Both the position numbers and the translations under genes were made by a program. A model generated the notes under the pieces. That model ran no database searches, had not been told where the DNA came from, and saw nothing but the letters and a program-made list of their open reading frames with translations. DNA of 64,000 bases, taken from Waterburya sp. (GTDB taxonomy: Bacteria; Cyanobacteriota; Cyanobacteriia; Cyanobacteriales; Xenococcaceae). The stretch spans positions 4,096,001-4,160,000 of the forward strand of contig CBDCJV010000002.1 of the NCBI GenBank assembly GCA_965217895.1, given 5' to 3'. Shown piece after piece: positions 40,364-49,425 of this stretch. Position 1 is the stretch's first letter. Every line of letters starts with the position of its first letter.

Positions 40364-40525
40364 GTTTTTGAAGGATGAGGAATGAGGGATGAAGGATGAG
40401 GAAACAGCTATTTAATCCTTCCTTTAAAAATTTCTCCATAGAAACTAATAACCTCCAAAAAAAAGGAGGACAAGTTTAGAAATATAAATCTATACTTTGC
40501 CCTTCCTAATTTTATCTGCTTTTTT

Positions 40526-40957
40526 TTAAACTTCGTAGGTTGCTTTCCCAGAGAATTTAATAGTAGCTGGTTGAGGATTTTGACCGATTGTACGGTCTTT
40601 TATGCCGTTATATTCTCGACCTTCATTTACTTTTTCGGGGAACACGCCATCTGCGGGGTGCAGATATTGAATTTCACCACTAGGGAAAACGCGATAAATT
40701 TTATAGTCTTGAATTCTCGGCTTAAAAGTCCGTAGCTGCGCGCCCAATGCTAAACACTGTTCTTTGCGCGCTAAATAAAGTAGGTTTTCACCTTCGTTCA
40801 TTATTGCTGCGCCACCAGTAGGCATTTCAAATACTTGTTCCTTGCTACTTGTCCAAGTAATAGCGTACTTTTCTTCTACTTCTGCTTTGGTTAATAAACC
40901 ACCTGTGCTGCCGCCAAACTTGGGGGTTTTACCTGAAAGCTTTATATCTTCTGCCAT
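40526..40957 (-). CDS. psaD: Photosystem I subunit II
   Basis: [41 protein letters not shown]. Confidence 0.97.
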   Translation of the reverse strand: MAEDIKLSGKTPKFGGSTGGLLTKAEVEEKYAITWTSSKEQVFEMPTGGAAIMNEGENLLYLARKEQCLALGAQLRTFKPRIQDYKIYRVFPSGEIQYLHPADGVFPEKVNEGREYNGIKDRTIGQNPQPATIKFSGKATYEV

Positions 40958-41026
40958 GTTAAAAAAAATCCTCAATTTAAAGGTATTTACGGCATCCTAT
41001 CATTCTGTTCAAGACAATATTGTGAG

Positions 41027-41044
41027 TATGTCAAAAACTGTAAC
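41027..41044 (-). promoter_or_regulatory. HLR1-like (RpaB) site upstream of psaD
   Basis: Minus strand GTTACAGT-TT-TTGACATA resembles the HLR1 direct repeat known from PSI gene promoters. Confidence 0.5.
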
Positions 41045-41148
41045 AGTTTTTAGCAACGCTAACTCGCAGCGCGAAGAAGCGTTACGGAGTTATGCCCCCT
41101 TGAGCTGACTAAGTAAGCAGCACTCTGTCCCATTTTTGAGTGTTTAAG

Positions 41149-43203
41149 TTAGTTCTTTTGTTTTTTGTTATTTTTTTTGCTGCTAGCTGTAGGTTTAGCT
41201 GTTTTTTGCGTTGGCTTTTCTGAGTTGTTGCGGGTGGCTTTGATGGGAATCGTAAAATAAAATTTGCTACCCTTGTCTTTTCCTGGTGATTCTGCCCAAA
41301 TTTCGCCTCCCCAATTTTTGACAATTTGTCGGCAGATAGCCAAACCTAAACCCGTGCCTCCTGCACTACGTCTTAGGGACTCTTCTTCTTGATAAAAACG
41401 GTCAAACACAGTTTCTAAACTGCTAGTCTCTATGCCTCTGCCCGTGTCAGCAATCATGATTTCCAGGGTATTGCCTCCGTTTGTTTTTACAGCGATCGCA
41501 ATTTTGCCGTCAGCTTGGGTAAATTTGCAGGCATTATCTAATAGCTTCACTAGTACTTCTACCAGCCATTCTCCATCTATCTGTATCAGGGGCAAATCTT
41601 TAGGGGTAGTTAGGTTTTTAATTTGAGGCAGCTTTGAGCCATGATTACGCGCCTTGACATTACTAACTGCTAAATCAATACATTCGTTGATAGAAAGAGT
41701 TTCTAGATTCCACTCTATCCCACCACCTTCTAAACGCGAAAGAGTAAGAAAATCTTGAACTAAATTACGCATTCTTTCTGCATCACTAAGGGCAGTATCG
41801 AGCATAATCTGACTCAACTCTAAAGGCATATCAGGTTCACTTGCCAAACTTTCAAGACATATCTGAATAGTTGACAGAGGGGTACGGAGTTCGTGACCCA
41901 CAATTGCCACCAAATTAGAACGGGTACGGTCTAAAGCCTCCAATTGTTCATTGAGATCTTCCAAATCGGCATAAGCTTCTGCTTGAATTAAAGCTACTCC
42001 CACCTGAGTTGCGATCGCATCTACTAGAGCAATGTCATCGGCTTTCCAGGCGATAGGCTTAGTTTCACAGTGATGTAATTCCATTACTCCCAGCAGTTTA
42101 TCTTGATAAAGAATTGGCACTAATAGCCAAGATAAAATAGAGTAATTTTGAATTAAATTTTGAAAAAACTCTCCCGTCCCTTTGTCCTCGGCTATTTTAT
42201 GTAAACGCTCGTCTTCTAGGGTATTGTCAACGCTAATAGTTTCTTTGGTGGCGATCGCTTCTTCAAACAAGGGATTATTAGCTAGCTGCCATTTATGCCC
42301 TCTAACCGACTTTATTCCTGGACTAGTAAATTCTCGATCTACCGTTGCTGTGGCATCCTCTTCGTGACAACGGTAAACAATACAGCGACATACGCCAATG
42401 CCTTCTCCTAGCTTTTGCACTGCAACCTGTAAAATTTGTTTAGTATGAAGCGATCGCCTTACAGCATCGCTGACAGAATTTAATAATATTTCCTTTTGTT
42501 GTTTGGCTGCTAAAGATTTATTGGCTTTTAATAACTTATATTGACTAGCCTGAAGATAAGTAACCAGTCTTTGCACAAAAGGATCTGGATTGGTTAAAGG
42601 TGAATCTATGTCTCTTTTTTTCTTGCTTACTTTTTTGGGAGATAAATATAGCTTACGAGCCAGAGCAATTTTAGCAGCTAATTCTGGGCGATAAATACCA
42701 ATGCGATCGAGCATGAGCTTGGCTGCTTCTATGGTTACGTTGCGATCAAAGGTCCATATTCCCTCAAAACGACGATTAGCATCGATTGGTGCGCCATAAT
42801 TACGCTCCTTTTCTTTAGATGAAAAGCTTTTTTCGCGGCAAACTAGACAACTTGCATAGTGCTGACCAACAATTACTAAATGCCACTCTTTAGCTAAAGC
42901 ATCAGTTGGTTCAAAGGCAATAGTTTCGTACTTTTCTGGGCGATCGCCAAACTCTGTTTCTGGAGCTGCTAAAACATATACCTGATCGCTTTTATCAGCA
43001 ATACGTTTATAACGATGAGATTCTTGACGATAAAAACGCTCCCGTTGAAAACTAGCAATCACTAAAGGCGTATCCGAATCATTTAAGACCAGATCCTCCA
43101 TAGCGTGAGATAACGCCGTCAAAGAAGCCTTAAAATACATTTGTGGTCGCCAACTCGTGCAGGTTTCCAGCAACTGTCGTACAACAGAATTAGAAATGCT
43201 CAT
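41149..43203 (-). CDS. DICT-GAF histidine kinase (Hik2/CSK-like)
   Basis: DICT-like N-terminus (ALSHAMED..FQRERFYRQE), GAF, HELRTPL, DNACKFT, GGTGLGL. Confidence 0.88.
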   Translation of the reverse strand: MSISNSVVRQLLETCTSWRPQMYFKASLTALSHAMEDLVLNDSDTPLVIASFQRERFYRQESHRYKRIADKSDQVYVLAAPETEFGDRPEKYETIAFEPTDALAKEWHLVIVGQHYASCLVCREKSFSSKEKERNYGAPIDANRRFEGIWTFDRNVTIEAAKLMLDRIGIYRPELAAKIALARKLYLSPKKVSKKKRDIDSPLTNPDPFVQRLVTYLQASQYKLLKANKSLAAKQQKEILLNSVSDAVRRSLHTKQILQVAVQKLGEGIGVCRCIVYRCHEEDATATVDREFTSPGIKSVRGHKWQLANNPLFEEAIATKETISVDNTLEDERLHKIAEDKGTGEFFQNLIQNYSILSWLLVPILYQDKLLGVMELHHCETKPIAWKADDIALVDAIATQVGVALIQAEAYADLEDLNEQLEALDRTRSNLVAIVGHELRTPLSTIQICLESLASEPDMPLELSQIMLDTALSDAERMRNLVQDFLTLSRLEGGGIEWNLETLSINECIDLAVSNVKARNHGSKLPQIKNLTTPKDLPLIQIDGEWLVEVLVKLLDNACKFTQADGKIAIAVKTNGGNTLEIMIADTGRGIETSSLETVFDRFYQEEESLRRSAGGTGLGLAICRQIVKNWGGEIWAESPGKDKGSKFYFTIPIKATRNNSEKPTQKTAKPTASSKKNNKKQKN

Positions 43204-43578
43204 CTATAAAGTTTTTTTAGAAAGAATTATCCCAGCCAGGATATTTGGTTATCTCGGATTGTCTTCAAGGCAGAATTCAACTGAACTATTAAATGTAAAT
43301 GTAAATGATCGCTTAAAAATTGGTTCAATATTAATATCCTACAAAACCCTCGTGACCTTTCGGCAGTCCATCATCATAATTTGCAATAATTAAGCTCATT
43401 TAAGGCAATTAGGATCCTGTAGGGTGGGCAAATTCCTACAATTAAGCAGTAATATTTAATTAGATAATTTTTGCCCACCGATTTTAAGGCTCAGACTAAA
43501 TACTTTAGAGTGGTGGTTGATCAAAAGCTAGAATACACTGTGAGATACTGTTTACCTGTAAATAGCATCTCCAGTAAT

Positions 43579-44457
43579 ATGCGCGTAACCAAGTCATGCC
43601 GTCAGGCTTATCGCTTTCAACCAAACCTATCACTTATCACCACAGTTTTATGCTTGGCAATTCCCCTGCCTGCAAAAGCTTTAGAAGTCCAGGTATCTCC
43701 TAAAACACCCCAGCAGGGAGATACTATTTCCGTTCTCGTAACCCCTGACGATCCTGGTAGTCCTCCAAGTATTACTGTAGATCAAAAAGATTATCCTGTA
43801 TTTCCTCTTCAAGGCAAATATCGTGCTTTGATCCCAACTTCTCCTTTAAATTCTCCAGGCAAAATGACTCTTCACGTCAAAGAAAATGAGCAAACCAGCA
43901 ATCTTGGAGTCTGGCTAAAAAGTCGCACCTTTCCCATACAGCGTATTACCCTTAGTGGTAAAGCGGGTCTTCCAGCAACTCAACTAGAACTAGACAGAGT
44001 AACGGCGTTTAAAAAATTAGTTACTCCGCAGAAATATTGGCAGGGAGCGTTTATACGTCCCAACGCTGGGACGATTTCCAGTGTATTTGGCGTCCGTCGT
44101 TATTATAATGGCGTATTTGCTAATGATTACTACCATAAAGGAGTAGACTACGCAGGTGGCTATGGCTCATCTGTGGTTGCCCCCGCAGCAGGGAAAATCA
44201 GACTAGTAGGCAGAGAAAAAGACGGTTTTCAGGTTCATGGCAATATTGTCGGCATCGATCACGGACAAGGAGTGCTAAGCATCTTTATGCACTTACAAGA
44301 CATTGATGTGACAGAAGGCGAAATGGTCAAAGCTGGTCAGCAAATTGGCACGATTGGCTCAACTGGGGCTTCCACAGGACCTCATCTGCATTGGGGTTTA
44401 TATGTTGATGGGGTAGCAGTAGATCCTGTACCTTGGCGGTTTGGTGTCATTGAATGA
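43579..44457 (+). CDS. M23 family peptidase
   Basis: HKGVDYA, IDHGQG, GASTGPHLHW; signal-like N-terminus. Confidence 0.9.
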   Translation: MRVTKSCRQAYRFQPNLSLITTVLCLAIPLPAKALEVQVSPKTPQQGDTISVLVTPDDPGSPPSITVDQKDYPVFPLQGKYRALIPTSPLNSPGKMTLHVKENEQTSNLGVWLKSRTFPIQRITLSGKAGLPATQLELDRVTAFKKLVTPQKYWQGAFIRPNAGTISSVFGVRRYYNGVFANDYYHKGVDYAGGYGSSVVAPAAGKIRLVGREKDGFQVHGNIVGIDHGQGVLSIFMHLQDIDVTEGEMVKAGQQIGTIGSTGASTGPHLHWGLYVDGVAVDPVPWRFGVIE

Positions 44458-44579
44458 ACTATATATTTGGCAAATCCGCGCATTTTAAGCTAAATATCTT
44501 TTCGATTTCTAGTTATAGATACTAAGATAGTGCGGGAGATTGGCTTAATTTACCTTTATTTATCATCATTTACTTAATT

Positions 44580-45128
44580 ATGGGAATCAATTCGATTGTC
44601 GAACAAGCAATGCAAGACGGCTATCTTACTCCCAGTATGGAAGCTGAAGTAGGCAGAATTTGCGACACGGCAGCAGAACTATCCGTAGAAGAGTATGTAG
44701 CTTTAGATCAGCTTATGGGCGCGCTGCTGACGGGAGAAGTAGTAGCCGTCCCGCGCAAACAGTTTATTAATGTAATGGAGGAATTAGTTTTGAGCGATGC
44801 GATTACTCGCGTTGCTGAGATTGAACAAACTAGTGATACTTCTTTAGATGTAGGCGATATTGCCGCCTATGCTCTAAACCGTTTACCACCCCTGTATGCA
44901 ACCACTGAAGAAGGAGCGAATTACCAACGTCAACGGGCAAGACAAGAATTGCAAACATTAATTCAAGAGCAGGTAAAAGAAGCAATTAATCGCTATTTAG
45001 ACCGACCAGAATTTTTCCCAGAAAGACAGGCTATCAATCCTAAAAACAATTCTAATATGGCAAATCAACTCAGCAGCTTATTAAAAGATTATGCCCCTGG
45101 CTATGAAAAAGACAGTAATTTTTCTTAA
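44580..45128 (+). CDS. ComFB-domain protein (CdgR-like cyclic dinucleotide receptor)
   Basis: FINVMEELV, DIAAYALNRLPPLYATTEEG; position upstream of sigG. Confidence 0.85.
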   Translation: MGINSIVEQAMQDGYLTPSMEAEVGRICDTAAELSVEEYVALDQLMGALLTGEVVAVPRKQFINVMEELVLSDAITRVAEIEQTSDTSLDVGDIAAYALNRLPPLYATTEEGANYQRQRARQELQTLIQEQVKEAINRYLDRPEFFPERQAINPKNNSNMANQLSSLLKDYAPGYEKDSNFS

Positions 45129-45224
45129 ACTAGTTAATTGGCTGAGAAAATATTAGGACAAGCTTTGTCTAAGACCATTGTTGCGGGAAAGAAACCAAGA
45201 AAAAGCTCAGTCAAAAATTGCCTT

Positions 45225-45250
45225 GGAACTTTTGTGATTTATTTTCAGTC
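45225..45250 (+). promoter_or_regulatory. ECF-type promoter upstream of sigG (probably autoregulatory)
   Basis: GGAACT-N17-GTC. Confidence 0.6.
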
Positions 45251-45296
45251 TTTGAGAAAGATATACCAAAGCTCTATACTGAGGTTAATTAAGTTC

Positions 45297-45956
45297 ATGA
45301 GTCTATCTCTTCCTGTATCTTGGTCTGAGACTGAGGTGAATGAAACTAAATGCTTAGTGTCTCCTGAAAAACTCTCTAATTACGACCTGATTGTTTACTG
45401 TCAAGCAAATGCCCAGCCCGATAAAGCTGCATTTGCTGAATTGCTACACAGATATCAATCTCATTTGAACCGTCTTTTCTATCACTTAGCTCCAGATTGG
45501 CAGGAACGAGCAGATATGGCTCAAGAAGTGTGGATTAGAGTCTATCGCAATGTTCATCGGCTTCAAGATCCAGCTAAGTTTCGTGGTTGGCTTAGTCGTA
45601 TTGCTACCAACCTTTTTTATGACGAGCTACGCAAGCGTAAGCGTGTTAGTCAGCCTCTTTCCTTGGATGCTCCCCATTATGTCGAAGACGGCGAAATGAG
45701 TTGGGAATTGCCTGATGATGCTCCAAGTCCCAGTGATGATTTGGCTACTAGAGAGTTTTATGAGCATTTGCAAACAGCGATCGCTGCCTTACCTGAAACT
45801 TTTCGTACTACCATTGTCCTACGAGAAATTGAAGGATTAGCCTATGAAGAAATTGCTGAAATTACAGGAGTGTCTTTAGGCACGGTGAAATCTAGAATCG
45901 CCAGAGCCAGACTTAAACTTCAGTCAGTGTTGCAAAACTATCTAGATGAAGAGTAA
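45297..45956 (+). CDS. sigG: ECF sigma factor SigG
   Basis: DMAQEVWIRVY, FRGWLSRIATNLFYDELRKR, YEEIAEITGVSLGTVKSRIARAR. Confidence 0.88.
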   Translation: MSLSLPVSWSETEVNETKCLVSPEKLSNYDLIVYCQANAQPDKAAFAELLHRYQSHLNRLFYHLAPDWQERADMAQEVWIRVYRNVHRLQDPAKFRGWLSRIATNLFYDELRKRKRVSQPLSLDAPHYVEDGEMSWELPDDAPSPSDDLATREFYEHLQTAIAALPETFRTTIVLREIEGLAYEEIAEITGVSLGTVKSRIARARLKLQSVLQNYLDEE

Positions 45957-46075
45957 ATTGGTATATAAACCAGCTTTAATAATTGATATTTAGGAGAGAT
46001 TAGTTTTGCTGGCTCTTTGGCACATAGATTGTTCCTCACTTTAATTCCTAAAAATATTGTATTGGTAATGCTAAA

Positions 46076-46600
46076 ATGACATCTAATTTTGAAGGTTTAG
46101 AGTCGGATATTAAGCAAACCGACTCTAAAACCGAAGACTCAGCCCTAGATTATTTTGAATTGCTTAGTGCTTATGTTGATGGAGAGCTATCTACTCCCCA
46201 AAAGAATCAGGTGCAGGCTTTGCTCGACCGAGATCCTCAAGTCAAGCAGGTTTATACTCAGCTACTAGCCTTGCAGAGTCAAATGCAGCAATCTATTGCT
46301 CCACCCTGCGAAAAGTCTGTAGATGAAATTACCAAAGGAGTTTTTCGACTGGTAGATCGTCGTCATTCTTACAAACGCAAATTAGTTTGGGGAGGAGGTG
46401 CGATCGCAGCTTCTTTATTTGCTATTATTTCAGGCGTGATTCCAGGAGTCAGCCCAGGTTTAAAAATGGCAAAATTAGATGCTCCTGCTGTGGTTAATTC
46501 TTCAGCAGTAATGTTAGCAGTGGCGGTTAATAAACCTGCAATCAATATTCCTAAGTCTGCTACTGGCTATTCTTTAAAAATGAACTCGACTCGATATTAG
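46076..46600 (+). CDS. Anti-sigma factor (SapG-like)
   Basis: FELLSAYVDGEL, one TM helix; directly downstream of sigG. Confidence 0.85.
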   Translation: MTSNFEGLESDIKQTDSKTEDSALDYFELLSAYVDGELSTPQKNQVQALLDRDPQVKQVYTQLLALQSQMQQSIAPPCEKSVDEITKGVFRLVDRRHSYKRKLVWGGGAIAASLFAIISGVIPGVSPGLKMAKLDAPAVVNSSAVMLAVAVNKPAINIPKSATGYSLKMNSTRY

Positions 46601-46603
46601 AGT

Positions 46604-47476
46604 TTACTGTTTTTCTGCAACTGGTTGCACACAAGCTCCTTTAATGGTTTCGCTCATAGTAGCAATGTTGAGATTGACAACCCTTCCTTCTTTGGTTTCA
46701 ATTAAAGCTTTTTTGGAAACATCGCCATTGTAAAAAAAGTTATAATCATTGTTAACAGTATACTGATTGGCAGTATCGGCTGATTGACCAACGCCCAGAG
46801 CCGACTCTGCCCTTAACGGACGGAGTAATCTCTGACCAATTAGTTTTTGCCAGCTATCAAGATCGCGATTCAAATCAAAACTTCTGGTGCAGATTAATGA
46901 TTTCTCTGTAATACCTTGATTATTTAATTCCAAATTTGCCTTGTTATCTTGTTCTAAATTATTGACTTTAATGCCAACATCAGACACAGTAGGTTCAATA
47001 ATACTTACTGATATGGGTGGCTCAAGTTCTGGCTCAAAAACTATTTCACTGTTATTCTGCATCACGGTAGAATAATAGCGATCGCCGTCTTTGCCGACAA
47101 AGTAAACTGTTTTGCCATATTTAGCTTGAAAAACATCTCTGCTTAAAACAGCTTGGGCAGGAGCTAAAATAGTCTCATCTTGGTCTGACTTTGATTGACG
47201 GTGATAATAAAAGCTGTCTTCTAATTGACAAATATCAATATAGTAATCTTCGGTTTCAAAACTGTACACTTCTTTATATCTAGAATCTATTGATGCGCAA
47301 GTTTCGACTTTTTGCGCTACAGGAATATTCATCTTCCGATTGCTTTTAGTAAAATAACTACTAGAAGAATTAGAAATAACTTTGGCTTTTGATGTCGCCA
47401 AAAGCGAATTATGTCCCCAGAAAAAAGAACCAATTAATATTATGAATAAATATATTTGTTTGTACCAATTAATCAT
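46604..47476 (-). CDS. Hypothetical exported protein
   Basis: Signal-like N-terminus; C...FETEDYYIDICQ module. Confidence 0.7.
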   Translation of the reverse strand: MINWYKQIYLFIILIGSFFWGHNSLLATSKAKVISNSSSSYFTKSNRKMNIPVAQKVETCASIDSRYKEVYSFETEDYYIDICQLEDSFYYHRQSKSDQDETILAPAQAVLSRDVFQAKYGKTVYFVGKDGDRYYSTVMQNNSEIVFEPELEPPISVSIIEPTVSDVGIKVNNLEQDNKANLELNNQGITEKSLICTRSFDLNRDLDSWQKLIGQRLLRPLRAESALGVGQSADTANQYTVNNDYNFFYNGDVSKKALIETKEGRVVNLNIATMSETIKGACVQPVAEKQ

Positions 47477-47982
47477 GGCAAAATAGGGCTTTTTAAAAGA
47501 TTTAAAAACATATTTGGATTAATAAAATGAATTTGTAAAGAACTTGCAAACTTGCTGCTCGTAATCGGTAAAGCATCAAGCTGTTTGTTTATATTTTCTA
47601 ATTCTAAGCTTAAAGAGTAAAGAGTTGGACAATGACCAAATCTTTTCTTGTTTCAGCTTTTTTTAAGATTTAAATAGCGTTAATTAATAGTTTTTTCGCT
47701 ACTGCTAATAAAAGAGGTTTATCAAAGAGTTTGTAGTAACGCGCGTTGCTGGCTCCACAAACGCAATTGGGTCTAAACCCCCATTTTATTGACTACTAAC
47801 TATCAACGACGAACTTTTTTATATTCTATACTTTTTAGATAATGGTTAAAAATCTAAAATACTGCTCAACCCAAGAATTAATCTGGGTTTTAAGAATTTT
47901 TGTTAATTTAAACTTAATATATATGAATATAAAGTTAGCTAACGAGTTAAATTTGTAGAATATCTTTGAATCAATTTGATTA

Positions 47983-48405
47983 ATGGCTTCTTTACCGCAT
48001 CACAGACCGAAAAAGTTATCTCTTGGACCTCTTGAAGCCGAAATCCTAGGAATAGTCTGGAAATTAAAGATAGTTACGGTCAAAAACGTACATGACTTCA
48101 TTTTGCAAGATCCTGAACGCGAACTAGCTTATACTTCGGTGACTACGGTGCTTAGACGTTTGACTCAAAAAGGCTGGCTCAAATGTAGTAAAAAAGGACG
48201 TGCTTTTTCCTGGCAAGCTTTAGTTTCTTATGAACAGGCACAGGCAATTCAATCTTATGAAAAGCTAAATCATTTTCTCGCTATAAGTAACCCCGACGTA
48301 GTGGCTTCTTTTGCTGACAGTTTAGATACTGCCAGCTTAGAACAGCTAGAAGCGATCGCATCCCGCCTTCAAACCATTCGCAGTCAAAGAGAGGAACAAA
48401 CATAA
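47983..48405 (+). CDS. BlaI/MecI/CopY family regulator
   Basis: LGPLEAEIL..VW, LAYTSVTTVLRRL..KG. Confidence 0.9.
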   Translation: MASLPHHRPKKLSLGPLEAEILGIVWKLKIVTVKNVHDFILQDPERELAYTSVTTVLRRLTQKGWLKCSKKGRAFSWQALVSYEQAQAIQSYEKLNHFLAISNPDVVASFADSLDTASLEQLEAIASRLQTIRSQREEQT

Positions 48406-49244
48406 TGCACCTGTTCGCCGTATTAATTATTATCGTTCTAGCTTGGATCGTGCGCCATAGTCCAATTGGAACAGGAACATGGGCTAAACGCTGGCATCAA
48501 GCTTTGTTTGTTTTGGTATTTCCTGCACTATTACTATTGAGTACAGCGATCGCAGTATTATATATGGGTTGTCATGGTGCAATGCTTGGCATACAGGTTG
48601 GCTCATGGGGATGTGCTGTATCAGCTTCTTTACTGATCTTTGCTTTAGGGTGCTTGGGCAAATTAGCTTACCAGGGCAATCAAGCGATAGATCAACTAAC
48701 TAACTATGAGCAACAATCAATAGAAGGGAATACCGCGAGAATCATTGAGCTTGATTTGCCCTATAGCGCGCAGATTGGCTTTTGGCGGTCTGAATTAGTG
48801 GTTAGTCGTGGTTTGCTGATTACTTTAGACCAAGAACATCTAAAGGCAGTTTTAGCCCATGAACAGGCTCATGTATATTATCGCGATACCTTTTGGTTTT
48901 TCTGGCTTGGCTGGTTGCGATCTTTTACCTGCTGGCTACCTAATACAGAAACTTTATGGCAAGAACTAATGTTGCTTCGAGAACTAAGAGCAGATCGTCA
49001 TGCTGCTCAAGAAGTTGACTTTTTGCTGTTGGCAGAATCTTTGTTAACCGTTGCCAAAACACCTTTAGAATCCTCTCCTATTTTGTGTGCCAATTTTAAC
49101 GACTATACAGTAGGCGATCGCCTTAATGAAAGAATAAATTCTTTGCTAGAGGAAACCAAGGCAGTTGATTCAGTTCAGTGGCAGTACTGGAGTTGGGTAT
49201 GTTTACTATTTTTACCTTTGTTAACTATTCCTTTGCATTATTAA
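48405..49244 (+). CDS. M56 (BlaR1-like) metallopeptidase
   Basis: VLAHEQAH, ELRAD; translationally coupled to the blaI-like gene. Confidence 0.9.
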   Translation: MHLFAVLIIIVLAWIVRHSPIGTGTWAKRWHQALFVLVFPALLLLSTAIAVLYMGCHGAMLGIQVGSWGCAVSASLLIFALGCLGKLAYQGNQAIDQLTNYEQQSIEGNTARIIELDLPYSAQIGFWRSELVVSRGLLITLDQEHLKAVLAHEQAHVYYRDTFWFFWLGWLRSFTCWLPNTETLWQELMLLRELRADRHAAQEVDFLLLAESLLTVAKTPLESSPILCANFNDYTVGDRLNERINSLLEETKAVDSVQWQYWSWVCLLFLPLLTIPLHY

Positions 49245-49425
49245 CTAGGAATTTAGAATGTCTAGTAGACCAGTCGGGAAAATAGAGAAAGTTTAGTGAT
49301 TTTATGAACAAAACCACTAAACTCTCTCGCTGTCGCTCAATTGACGTTAAATAGCGATTAATTAGACTTTTACTCTAGGCTTATGATGAGGACTGTAAGA
49401 CAAAATTTACTGCACTACGCAAGTT

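Noticed and set aside
43419..43479. GTAG-type REP hairpins (also near 23833) as a REP/RAYT system
   Set aside because: Isolated degenerate copies with no RAYT transposase in the window.
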